Assembly: GCA_964016885.1 (NCBI GenBank)
Contig: OZ024740.1
Span: forward strand, 51,088,001-51,152,000
DNA length: 64,000 bases
Direction of reading: 5' to 3'
Origin: Eledone cirrhosa
Taxonomy: Eukaryota
Shown here: positions 53,195 to 64,000 of the stretch, one piece after another
Layout of the letters: every line of letters begins with the position of its first letter
Numbering within the stretch: the stretch's first letter is position 1
The notes under the pieces: model-generated
The model's input: the letters and a program-made list of their open reading frames with translations, nothing else
Databases searched by the model: none
What the model was told of the DNA's origin: nothing
Translations under genes and position numbers: made by a program

Positions 53195-53377
53195 TGTTTC
53201 TACTTTTGGCACAAGGCCAGCAATTACCTAGTGCATTACTGGTACTTTATTTTATCAACCCCGTAAGGATGAAAGGCAAAGTCAACCTCGGCGGGATTTG
53301 AACTCAGATCGTAAAGGGACGTAACTATGCTGGAAAGCATGGCATCCGACCCTCTACCGATACTGCCAATCCACCAC
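53195..53377 (-). mobile_element. tRNA-derived Meta-type SINE, full length with TSD
   Basis: B box gagttcaaatcc, central gcctttcatccttacgggg.tgataaaataaagtacc; 18-bp direct repeat cctatatattcaaataat at 53177-53194 and 53378-53395. Confidence 0.88.
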
Positions 53378-55719
53378 CCTATATATTCAAATAATACTCC
53401 CCCATTAGAATACATTCTAAAAATTGGTTGTTACAAACAAAATTGGTAGAATACATTGCAACAAATTCTTCATTCTAAACTTACATTTCAAATTATGTTT
53501 TCACAGACATGAGGAAAATGTTACAGGTAGGGGAATATTCTTGACTTGCAAATAAAGCAATTAACAAGAAAAGCTATGTTATGTGTGTGGGTGAATGTTC
53601 ACTGAAGGCATTTAACCATCAGCCTGATCGTATTTCCCCACTGGCTTAGGTAACAAGAAAAAAAAGATTATTACTATTATTATTATTATCACACACACAC
53701 ACACGCATGTATCTATGTATGTATACTATGTATACATACATAGTATTATTTTCTTTATCTATTCAGAACTAGAGTTGGCAAGAGAATTTATTAGCAGTGC
53801 CAAATTAACAAGCCAAATCAACAGATGTGATTGTAACAATATATTATGTATAGCAGCATGGATTCAAGATTGAAAAATTCCATTAGCTACATTTGAACAT
53901 CTATTCCTCTTCAAACTTGTTACTTCTTTCTTTACATTCTCATTATTAGCAATGTTGTTTAGCTCCAGATCAAACCTGATCAAGCAGACCTATGATCAAA
54001 TATATTCTAACTGTGACATTCCATTCTTTTACCAAGGCACAATGCACTCAGATCCACAGTGTCCAGTGTGTCCTTTTTTTCTGATATGGCAGAAGATTTG
54101 GCTACTCATACTGAGCTGTCATATAGATGACAGCACTATCCTTATGTCGGACACATCATAAATCAAGGTGCTTGGCATTATACTGAGGGGTTGCTAGGAG
54201 TTAATAAGCACAGAGTAACTGGTAGAAGTCAGTGGACATACAACTTGGCACCTGGAGGGAGCAAATTGCAGAATAATGGCTTCTGTCACTGGACAATTTG
54301 TAGTTAGGGAAAAATTGGATATGTCTCTTCCTTTTCAAGACTTCTGAGACTGGTTAGAAGGCAGGGGGAAAGATATCCTCAAACAGAAGACCTAACTCAA
54401 ATGCTTGCATCAAAGTGAACACTGCTAAAGGCACCCAAAAGTCAGACAAACCTAGCAACAGATTAAACTACCACCCAAGTAGGCCACATCAAGATTTGAA
54501 TGCAAAAATCCAAAATAAATACTGTAAAGCTTCATGTCTGACACTAACAAGTCATTCTAACACTATCCTGGACTGTTACTTCATTTTATCAACCCTGACA
54601 GGATGAAAAGTAAAATTGATCCAGGCAAGACTTGAACACAAAGGTCAATGAGACAGAACAATCACTTCAAGGCATTTTATCCTATGCTCTGGCTGGTTAA
54701 TGTGTTAGAGCTCAGATTTGGACCTAACCTCTTGGTGATAAAACATCTGAAATGAGGCTATAAGCAAAATGGTTAGTCTCACTCATGGTCTAAGAGGAAA
54801 CTTCCTAAAATATCAGGCAGAAGTGACTAACAACTACATCACTTTGATAGTATACAACAGCTTGATTGCCATGTCTTGCCCTGGGTTATATCTGATCAGA
54901 TTGAAGTGCATGCACATTCATCTCTTATGGAAGAGACAGGTTTCTCTTATATAGAAGTCCATCCAATGCCAATAACTAATCCCTATAGGAAACTCTTTTG
55001 ATGATGTGTAGGCACAAACAAAGGCTGGTACATCTGTAGAGATTCTTGAATGACAATAGTGAACAGGTGTGGTTGCCATTTGTGCCACATGTCTTTCTGC
55101 AGCTCATCTCTCTGACTCAGCTGCAATCCTGGATCAAGCATAAACTAAAGTTGGCATTTTGGATCTGGAATGTTGTCAAGTCTTTACTGCTCCCTACCAG
55201 CTGGACGATGTAGGGGGGAGGGGGGTTCATCCTTGCATTCTATGGAGTATATGAGCAATAATGACATGCAAGGGATTCTGGGTATTGACAAGAACAGTTT
55301 CAGTAGGTTCTTCTGGAGGACTCTCAGATCAGAGATTATTGACTGTTTCCAAAAGTCCTTGGTCTAGTACCATTATTGGGGAAAGGAGTATTTTCCTGTT
55401 TGGAATAAATTCTACAAGAATTGACAAGAACAAAACCTGTTCAAGATGCATGCAGGATGATGAAACCATTTAACATGCAATTGTTCAATGCCCCTGCATT
55501 GCTCATTTGTGAATTCCTGTCGAATAGCTATCATCACATGTGGGAAAGACATTCACCTCCCAAAAATTACTGGCCTTGTGTATAAAGTAGAAACAATTGT
55601 TATTAATATAATTGTTTCTACTTTTTGGCACAAGGCCAGCAATTACTCAATGCATTACTGGTGCTTTATTTTATCGACCCCGTAAGGATGAAAGGCAAAG
55701 TTAACCTCGGCGGGATATA

Positions 55720-58700
55720 TGGCTGCCAATTTAGTCATATCTGTGTATATATTCAAACTTGGCAAGGACTGGGCAACCAAAGATGATGTGAATAATCATC
55801 TCATTATGCTGGCTGCATATTCTGCATATGGTGTTAGGAACCATTTGGATTATTTTGTTCTTATAGTTGTTTGTAGCTAGACATAAGTGTTGTGTTGCAA
55901 GAATCAGTCCTTCAGCTTCTGCTTTTAGTCTGGAGATTCTGAGTCATAGTGGACTTTCATCTTCATTCCGTTCTTCTCTATTGAGTTTTGCAATGTATTA
56001 GTTGTAGAGTGATTTTTCATTCCATTTCTCCTTTAATCATCATTATCATTGTTTTAATGTCTACTTTCCCTGCAAGCAATGGTTGTACAGGTCTACATAG
56101 ACCAAGTCAGTACTGAAGTGGTGGCTACTAATCTCCTAAACAAACCAAGGATCTGTCGTCTTAATTATGTCATCTTACACATTCTATCAAGTGCACAATA
56201 TGTTTTGTAATTTCATTTTCATATTATTTTATTGTCTATTTAACCATTTTTGAAGTGTTATCTAAACTTATTGTTTCAACATAGTTTCTTTCTGTTTTGT
56301 ATTTTATTATTTCTTTGTATAGAAAAAAAATTTTTTTTTATGTTTCCTTATTACATGTATCAGTTTTCCTCTGTCTGGTCATGTCCTACTTGTGTTTGCT
56401 TTGGGATTGTGGTTTGGGTATATTGTCAGTGGTTTCCTGGTTCTTCAGCTCACTTAGCTTCTACTTTATGACATTGAAGCTGGTATGGCCAAAGTATTTA
56501 TACTTATTATCTTATTTTCTTATTTCTAGCATTGAGTTCAGGTTTTAATATTAGTCTAACTTTCCTGAAATATTCTTTCCAAATATTTTATTTCCTTGAG
56601 TTGTATTTTAGTCATTTTGTCTATTTGTATGGGTGATTATAATCTAATTTTACTATTTCAGTAACTAAGTCTAGTGTAATATTTTCAGTGCTCTTCTTTT
56701 TAGAGTGGCTTTGGCATATTGTCTAATCTCATATCATCTGTATGTCTTTGCTGAAGCTAGGGACAATTTTTATGAGGTTCTCTAGTTCAGTGTTATTCCT
56801 TGTAAAAATGTTAGTCATCTGTATCTAAGAGAATATTTATATTTCATCCATAGCATCTGTAACCCATGGGGGTTTCATTCAAGTTTTTTTTAGTGGGGTT
56901 AGAGCAAAGCAAAAAAGTAATGGGAAAGGGGGTAATGAGAGGTCTTTAAAAATTTCTTATTTTATAGGTATAAGGCTGGTTTTCATGGACTTTTCCCTAT
57001 TTTTCAGAGTTATAGTGGCTTTCCCTTTTGCCAATGTATGACTAATATATGTGAGTAGTGTTGGGGCTATTTTGTCTTTGTGGATTGACACCAGTATCCA
57101 TGAATGTGGAATACTGCCAAAAGACCTTCTGCTAGTCAATCCAAGCCATGCTGAGGTTTGTTTTCTTTTTACAGCCTTCTTCAATAGTGAAATTCACCAG
57201 CAGCTACTCTTTACAGCCATACTTCCCTTTCCAGTACCCTTTTCCTTCTTCTGGTAGCACAGTGTTGCTTTTCAGATGCATGACAAGCTAGCTTTACATT
57301 ATTGATGTGAGGGCTATAATTTCATGGGATGTACAGAGTTTTTGTTTTGGAAGATTAGAGGGGATTTCCCCTCCAGCATCCAGTCAGAAGTTGATTCTGA
57401 CCTGCTTAACATTTCATTAAGTGCTGTTGCTATATATCCATGGGTACTGATGAGATGTTTCAGTCAGAAGTTTGGGTCCATGTCTATTCCTAATGTTTTT
57501 CAGTTGCTACCAGCTCTGAATGTGTTAATGATTTCCTTATCATTGGACAAATACATACCAGCATTTGTTTAAGCTCTTTACATTCTGAGTTCAAATCCTG
57601 TCATGGGGAATTTTGCCTTTAATCCTTTCGGGGTTGATAAAATAATGTCGCAGTCAAGTATGAGGTTGATTTAATCGACTTCACTCCCTACAAAATTGCT
57701 GGCCTTGTGCTTAAAGTAAAAATCATTATTATTATTGTTATGAGGGTGGTAAATTGGCAGAATCAGTAGAGCATCAAAGATAATAGTTTGCGATACTTAG
57801 TCACAACTTTCTACGCTCTGAGTTCCCATTGCACTACGGCCAGCTTTGCCTTTCATCCTTACAGGGTCGATAAAATAAAGTACGAGAAACGCACGAGAGT
57901 CAATTTAATCTACTTTCCCTCTTCTCTTTAAATTGCTGGTCTTGTGCCAAAAGTAGAAACAATCGTCGCCGCCACCAATGCCACCACTACCACCATCATC
58001 ATCATCATCATCACTTTTTCATGTAGTGTAGATGGTTAATGCACAGGAGTACTTAATCAAGTAACACAAACCTCAGACATAATACTTTCCTTAAAATGGG
58101 TGCAGTACCTAGCAAGGTTGATTTTTGTATAACAGCGATCTTTCATGGTATTCTCAACCACTTTAAAGGTTTTGAAGTTACAATGGGATTGGCCCTAATG
58201 CCCTTATCACAACTGGTATCACTTTCAAATTACCCTCTTGCATTCCAAACAATCTTGCCATATCCACTTTCAATTTGTAATACTTGGTGATTTTCTCACC
58301 TCTTTTCTCACAATAATCATGTCATTTGGATGGCTACATCAATGATCTGAAACTATTTGTCTTCTTTGTTCAATATGACAATGCCCAGTTGGCATAGCTC
58401 AATTACTCTATCAGTCTGGTAATCATAATTGTTTCTACATTTGGCACAAGGCCAGCAATTATCCCAGTGTATTACTGGTACTTTATTTTATCGACCCCGT
58501 GAGGATGAAAGGCAAAGTTAACCTCGGCGGGATTTGAACTCAGACCATAAAGGGCCGTAACTCTTTGCTGCAAAGCATGGCGGCCGACCCTCTACCAATC
58601 CACCGCCCTGGTAATCATAATCCTAGAATATCATTGATTTCCCATCCCCTTACATTACTATACAAGGCACATGCTTACACCAACTCTATTACTTTAAATT

Positions 58701-59290
58701 AATATTTATGACTGAAAAGTTAATGAAAATACAAACACACTAACACACTCTATTGTGACAGTGTTTGTATTCTACAATTATAAAGCTTCCAGTGGCACGC
58801 TTCAAATTGTCTAGCTTAAGCTACATTCACGATATTGTTTTATCCTTCATATTCTGCGTATCTCTTCGAAATTGACCATGCATTCTCATCCCTACAAGAT
58901 CTTTTCTCTTCAACTTTCCTAACATTTCATCTTTATACCCATATCTTTTCCTGCCTATTGCAATAACTCTTTGTCACTATTTACCAAATATTCTGCAAGG
59001 GTGCTCCTTTCATTCCTTATACAATAATCCACACAGATGACACCTCTATCACAATTCTTTCTCTTCATGTACAATCTATTTATATTTGCTTTCAGGTGTA
59101 AAGTCATCAACTTTCTCATCTTTCTATCCAACTTTGCTATTTCTTCTTCAGTCCACCTGAGAGTGGACGCACTTTATCTAACCACTGCAACTGCCCAGAT
59201 ATTCATTGCAGTGACTAGATTTCTTGCATTCAGGTTGGATTTCAAAATCATTTTCACTCTCTTTAAATATGTCTCTCTAACCTTTCGGTG
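55720..59290 (-). mobile_element. fragments of R4/Dong-like restriction-like-endonuclease LINE(s), interrupted by SINEs
   Basis: Remnants NFxLKHL, SFGSIPHSWIL (cf. AFDSVPHSWI), and IIDVAI...EKITKY...VIPVVIRALG (RLE domain, 58070-58420); heavily decayed. Confidence 0.6.
58430..58607 (-). mobile_element. tRNA-derived Meta-type SINE with TSD (further copies about 5689-6045, 22868-23005, 38058-38150, 50362-50452, 51835-52010, 55610-55715, 57575-57960, 59287-59710, 60988-61083)
   Basis: 14-bp direct repeat ctggtaatcataat at 58416-58429 and 58608-58621; same body as 53195-53377. Confidence 0.88.
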
Positions 59291-62200
59291 GATTGGCAGA
59301 ATCAGTAGAGCATCAGACAACATACTTCGCGGCATACAGTTACGTCCCTTTACACTCTGATTTCAAATCCTGCCAAGGTTAGCTTCTACCTTTTGTCCTA
59401 AATGGTTCTATAAAATAAAGTACCAGTAATGCACTGGGTTCGATTTAATTGACTTTCCCCTCCCCTTCAAATTGCTGGCCTTGTGCCTAAAGTAGAAACA
59501 ATTATTATCACTATTGGAGTGATAGAATCATTAGACCATCAGACAGTATATTGTATGGTATTTAGTTATTGCGCTCGGAATTCCAAGTTCAAATCGTGCT
59601 GAGGGCAGTTTTATATTTCATCTTTCCAGGGTTGATAAAATGAATATCATCGTCGGGTGGATTTAATCAACTTTCCCCTTCCCCAAAATTTGCTGGCTTG
59701 TGCTTAAATTAGACCTTTATCATCTGCATCATCATCATCATTATCAGCTTTTAACAATTTTCTGTGAGCTTCTATCGCACCATCAGATGTAGCTCTATGT
59801 TCCTGGTGTGTGTGTGTCTGTGTGGGATTGTATTGTTGGAGAGGAGGCGTGTTGTAGGTTACATCTATTTTGTTGTGCATGTGTGTATGTGTGTGGGGAG
59901 GTACTTCTGGGATTTCATGTTTAATTTGTTGTTTGTTGTGTAGAATATATGTTGTGTGAGTTTTGTTGTTTTGTTGGGCATTGACTGTGTAGGATATGTG
60001 CTATGTGGGATGTGTTACAGTATTGACTGATGATTGAGTAGAATATGTATCATGTTAGTTGTGCTATTGAATTTAGAGTATCAAGCATAGAATGAAGGCA
60101 AGTGTAATTGTCTCCATTTATATTCTGAGTTCAAATCCTGTGACAATCTACTGTCTTTTCAATTTTGTAGATTGATATTGTAAATAATAAATCAGTTGAA
60201 CTCACTATAACCCTCAATATCGGTAGAGCATCAGACATGTTTTGTGGCATATAGTTATGTCCCTTTACATTCTGAGTTCAAATCCCGCAAAGGTTAGTTT
60301 TGCCTTTCATCCTTACATCATCATCATCATCATCATTTAATGTCATTTTGCATGCTAGCATGGATAAGATGGACTGTCCCTTTGTGAGAGACCAGGTTGG
60401 AGGACCATGTTTCCCTCACACAGAACTGATTTTGGCTTGGTTTCTATGGCTGGATGCCCTTCCTAATGTCAACCACAATAACAGTGTGTGCTGGGAGCTT
60501 TTTGACATGACACCTACACAACCACTTTAGGGTCAATAAAATAAAGAACCAGTAATGCACTTGGGTTAATTTAAATGACTTTCCTCTCCCTCCAAATTGT
60601 TACCCTTGTGCCTAAATCAGAAATCATTATCATTATGGAATAAAATTTTATTTCACTATTGAATATATTACAAGTACAATTAAAAAAAAAAAGAGCAGTA
60701 TTGGAAAGGACTATAAATGCCATAAATGAGAGGGAAAATGTTGGCCCAGAATTTTAATTCTTTAATTCTGAACCTAGAAATATATAATACCTTCTTTTTT
60801 TTCCTCATTATTTTTGACAAACTAAAGAATAGCCTATCAAACAAAAGATGAAATATTCACCAAATGACAAGGTTTCACATGTGCCAATGAAAGATCTTCT
60901 ATATGGTTGCTTGACGCACTAGAAATAGTTGCCAGATCTCCCTTACATCATTGCCGCATTTTCTTAAAAATATTAAGGACACATTATGTTGACTTTGCCT
61001 TTCATCCTTACGGGGTCGATAAAATAAAGTACCAGTAATGCACTGGGTAATTGCTGGCCTTGTGCCTAAAGTAGAAACAATTATATAATGAAATATGTCT
61101 GCTCAATTATGGCTAAGCTGGGGTGAAGGAACAAGAGGGGTCACTCAATCTGCGCACACACAACAGTAACATTATATAATGGTATTGCAAAAACAAAGCA
61201 GCCAGTATACACTCTAAAGTGGCTAAAGTGGTTATATTAGGAAGGGCATCCAGCCATAGAAACCATGCCAAATATGTAATGTATGAGCAAGATGAAGTTG
61301 CTCCGATATATCTGGTCTCAGACTGTGATAACCATGCCAGTGTGGAAAGTGGATGTAAAATGAAGGTCATCATCATCATCATCATCATCATCACCATTTT
61401 ATGTCCGTTCTTCCACGCTAGCATGGGTTAGATGGGTTGTCCTGTTGTGGGCAGTGTCCAGTCGGCTGACCTTGTCTTGCTCATACGGGAACTGATTCTG
61501 GCTTGATTTCTACAGCTGGATGCCCTTCCTAACACTAACCTCATTTACAGTGAGTGCTGGGTGGTTAGATATTTTGAATTTAATACCTGTATTTTTTCCA
61601 TTCCAATTACTTGCACCAAGCCGACTTTGATACATAAAATTTGGTGTTTGCTTTATATGCTAATTTTTTGTGTATAAGGGAACCCTCAAAAATTGAAGTG
61701 TCCCAGGCCCCCTGAAGTCTAAATCCAACTCTGCTGATAAAACATTTCTTTTTCTCCAACATTTCAACTTCCTCTTTCCTGATGATGGAGTAATGCCCAA
61801 TAAGCATGGAACAAATTAGGCTTTGTGTTGGATTTAGACTTTGGGGAGCCCAAGGCACTTCAGGTTTGGGGGGGCCCCCTCATACACAAGAAATTAGAAT
61901 ACACAGCAAAAGAGAGGGCTCTTCAATTGGGACAACTGACAACCTATCCAGTGTTTGTGCCATGAAAATGCACCAAGTACACCCAGTAAGGTGGTTAGTG
62001 GTAGGAAGGGTTCTCCACTATAGAAACCATGCCAAAAAGGGTCAAAAGGACTTTTCAGCTGTGTCAACGGCACAATAACCTCTAAAGTGTTGGTGATCTA
62101 CATAAATCCACCCAGTGCATGCTGTAAAGTGGTTTAAGAGTACTTTCAGTTGTATCAAAGACATAACAGCCTGCCTAGTGCTCAGCAGAATGTGGGATTG

Positions 62201-62385
62201 TATGGAAGTGAGATGCAGGGCCCCAACCCATCTGAGAAGTCAGTAGCCCTGCTTGAGTACCGACTAAGTCTGTGAATATTTATCCAACTCTTACTGGCAG
62301 GGAGGACAAGCATTAAATGATAATGATGTTGATGTATGTGTGTCTGTGTGTAATTCTAGAGTATAATTTCTTATTACAAACTAAC

Positions 62386-62428
<43 letters not shown>

Positions 62429-63184
62429 AACCAATAAAACAAAACAAATACAGGGATGCAAAAATACAAAGTCTTATTAGGATCACTCTTAGAAGAAAGT
62501 AGAGGAGGGTTTGGTGTACTTTGGATATAAATGTTTTGACAAGAAATGGTGAGTTTCTATAGGGAGAAAACAGATAGGTACTCCGGTTGATACTTTATTG
62601 ATAGTACTTTAGTGTTCAAACTGGCCAAAACCGGCCAGAATTCTCTACCTCTTTCTGTTGAAACTGGCTGTAACTGGTCACTCAAACTGATGTTAAGGTA
62701 TTGTCCTCAAAATGAATATTTTCAAAATCTCATAGATTCGATATTATGTGAGATAATTATGTGATGTAAAGTCTTTACCATGAAAATATAATAGTATATA
62801 TAAAATAATGTGAATGCTAAAGGGTTAAGGAATACATGTCATAGAGTGCTTTACATTTGTTTACGACCAAAGTCAGTGGATAATCTGATCACCAACTTCC
62901 TTAAATTGAATAATATATATTTAACTTTGAAAATAAGACCAAATACTGTTAATTATATCATATTTTAATTAAAATATGATATAATTAACAGCATTTTGTA
63001 ATATTATCTCTATATGTCTACATAAACACTCGTATTAAGGAATTCATGTTTTTAAAAATTGTATGTAGCCTTATGTACAGTTTACGGTAATAAATCTTGT
63101 ATTTTTGAGCTGTTAAAATCTCTTCGCCTACCTTTATCTGTTTTCATATTTGAAAATGACTTACTCTTTATATATATAGATGCA

Positions 63185-63522
63185 CATGGCTTAGTGGTTA
63201 GAGCATTGGTCTTGCAATCGAAAGGTTGTGAGTTCAATTCTCAGACCAGGTGATGTGTTGTTTCCTTGAGCAAGACACTTTATTTCACATTGCTCCAGTT
63301 TACTCAGCTGTAGAAATGAGATGATAGGGACTGGGGTCCTTATCATTCCACTGCAAAGTGGTCGTGGAGGTGCCACAGCAAAAAAGCACCCAGCACTCAC
63401 TGTAAAGAGGTTGGTGTTAGGAAGTGCATCCAGCTGTAGAAATCAAGCCAGAATCAGTTCCCGTCCCACCCTTGCAAGTAGGGAAAAAGCGGACATAAAA
63501 TGAAATGATGATGATGATGAAA
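63185..63522 (+). mobile_element. tRNA-derived CORE-type SINE with RTE-derived tail
   Basis: A box (tggcttagtggttag), B-like box (gagttcaattc), CORE-like ttgagcaagacacttt...ctcagctgtagaaatg, then tail ggttggtgttaggaag.gcatccagctgtagaaatcaagcc shared with the RTE 3' end. Confidence 0.85.
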
Positions 63523-64000
63523 TGATATATATATATATATATATAAAATAAAGTAAGGACGAGTGGTTACACTTTCATTACGTTTACACTCAGTCTAGCT
63601 CTACACCTCGACACAGAAGTAAACCTAAACATCGAGTGCTCACCCGAGTAAACCTACAGTAACTCCACATTATACTCCCTGGATATATATATATATATAA
63701 AAGGTAAACAGAAATAACAACACAATCGGTACAGTATATGGAAGGTATTAGAGAGAGAGAGAGAGAGAGAGAGATGTGTCAATTATGATTTGTTACTTGG
63801 CAGAATGAATTACTGAAGTTGAAAATAAGCAAGGGAATTAAGAATGGTACTGAGGAAGCATATATACAAATGCAGATGACAGTTTGCGAAAGGTACATTT
63901 AGATCGTAACTGTCATACACTCTCAATTGGAAGTACCATTGGGGAATAAAAAAGAATTACTTTAAATTAGAAGTTACAACATAAAAACTTCATTCTTTTG

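Noticed and set aside
61607-61880. ORF containing GFRLQGAWD, resembling the PDZ WGFRLQGG motif of the missing first exon
   Set aside because: It lies in one arm of an inverted repeat (gaagtgtcccaggccccctgaagtctaaatccaac / gttggatttagactttggggagcccaaggcacttc). It lacks the preceding PW and a clear phase-0 donor, so it is most likely a transposon end.
63185-63255. tRNA genes
   Set aside because: The A/B boxes belong to SINE heads followed by CORE or Meta bodies; no complete cloverleaf.

Overview
AT-rich, microsatellite-dense animal genomic DNA. The repeat landscape (RTE LINEs, CORE- and Meta-type tRNA SINEs, (TA)n/(CA)n/(ATG)n tracts) suggests an octopus/coleoid mollusc; this is inference. One host gene is recognisable on the minus strand: a PDZ + ZM-motif protein of the PDLIM/ALP/Zasp family, with four phase-consistent exons (39955-40106, 28372-28510, 25736-25950, 16530-16720) and two candidate terminal exons. 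Its first PDZ exon and any LIM exon were not found in the window. The rest is mostly decayed mobile DNA: four related RTE LINE copies, a CR1-like LINE, R4/Dong-like RLE-LINE fragments, a Penelope RT fragment, a DD37D (maT) transposon, piggyBac-like and hAT-like MITEs, and SINEs. The main unexplained signal is a set of type-I hammerhead ribozyme motifs in short elements beside (TA)n tracts. They belong to at least three sequence-unrelated families, all closing stem II with an atypical U-U. Several are head-to-head palindromes, one has a 64-nt loop II insert, and several lie sense within the PDLIM pre-mRNA.
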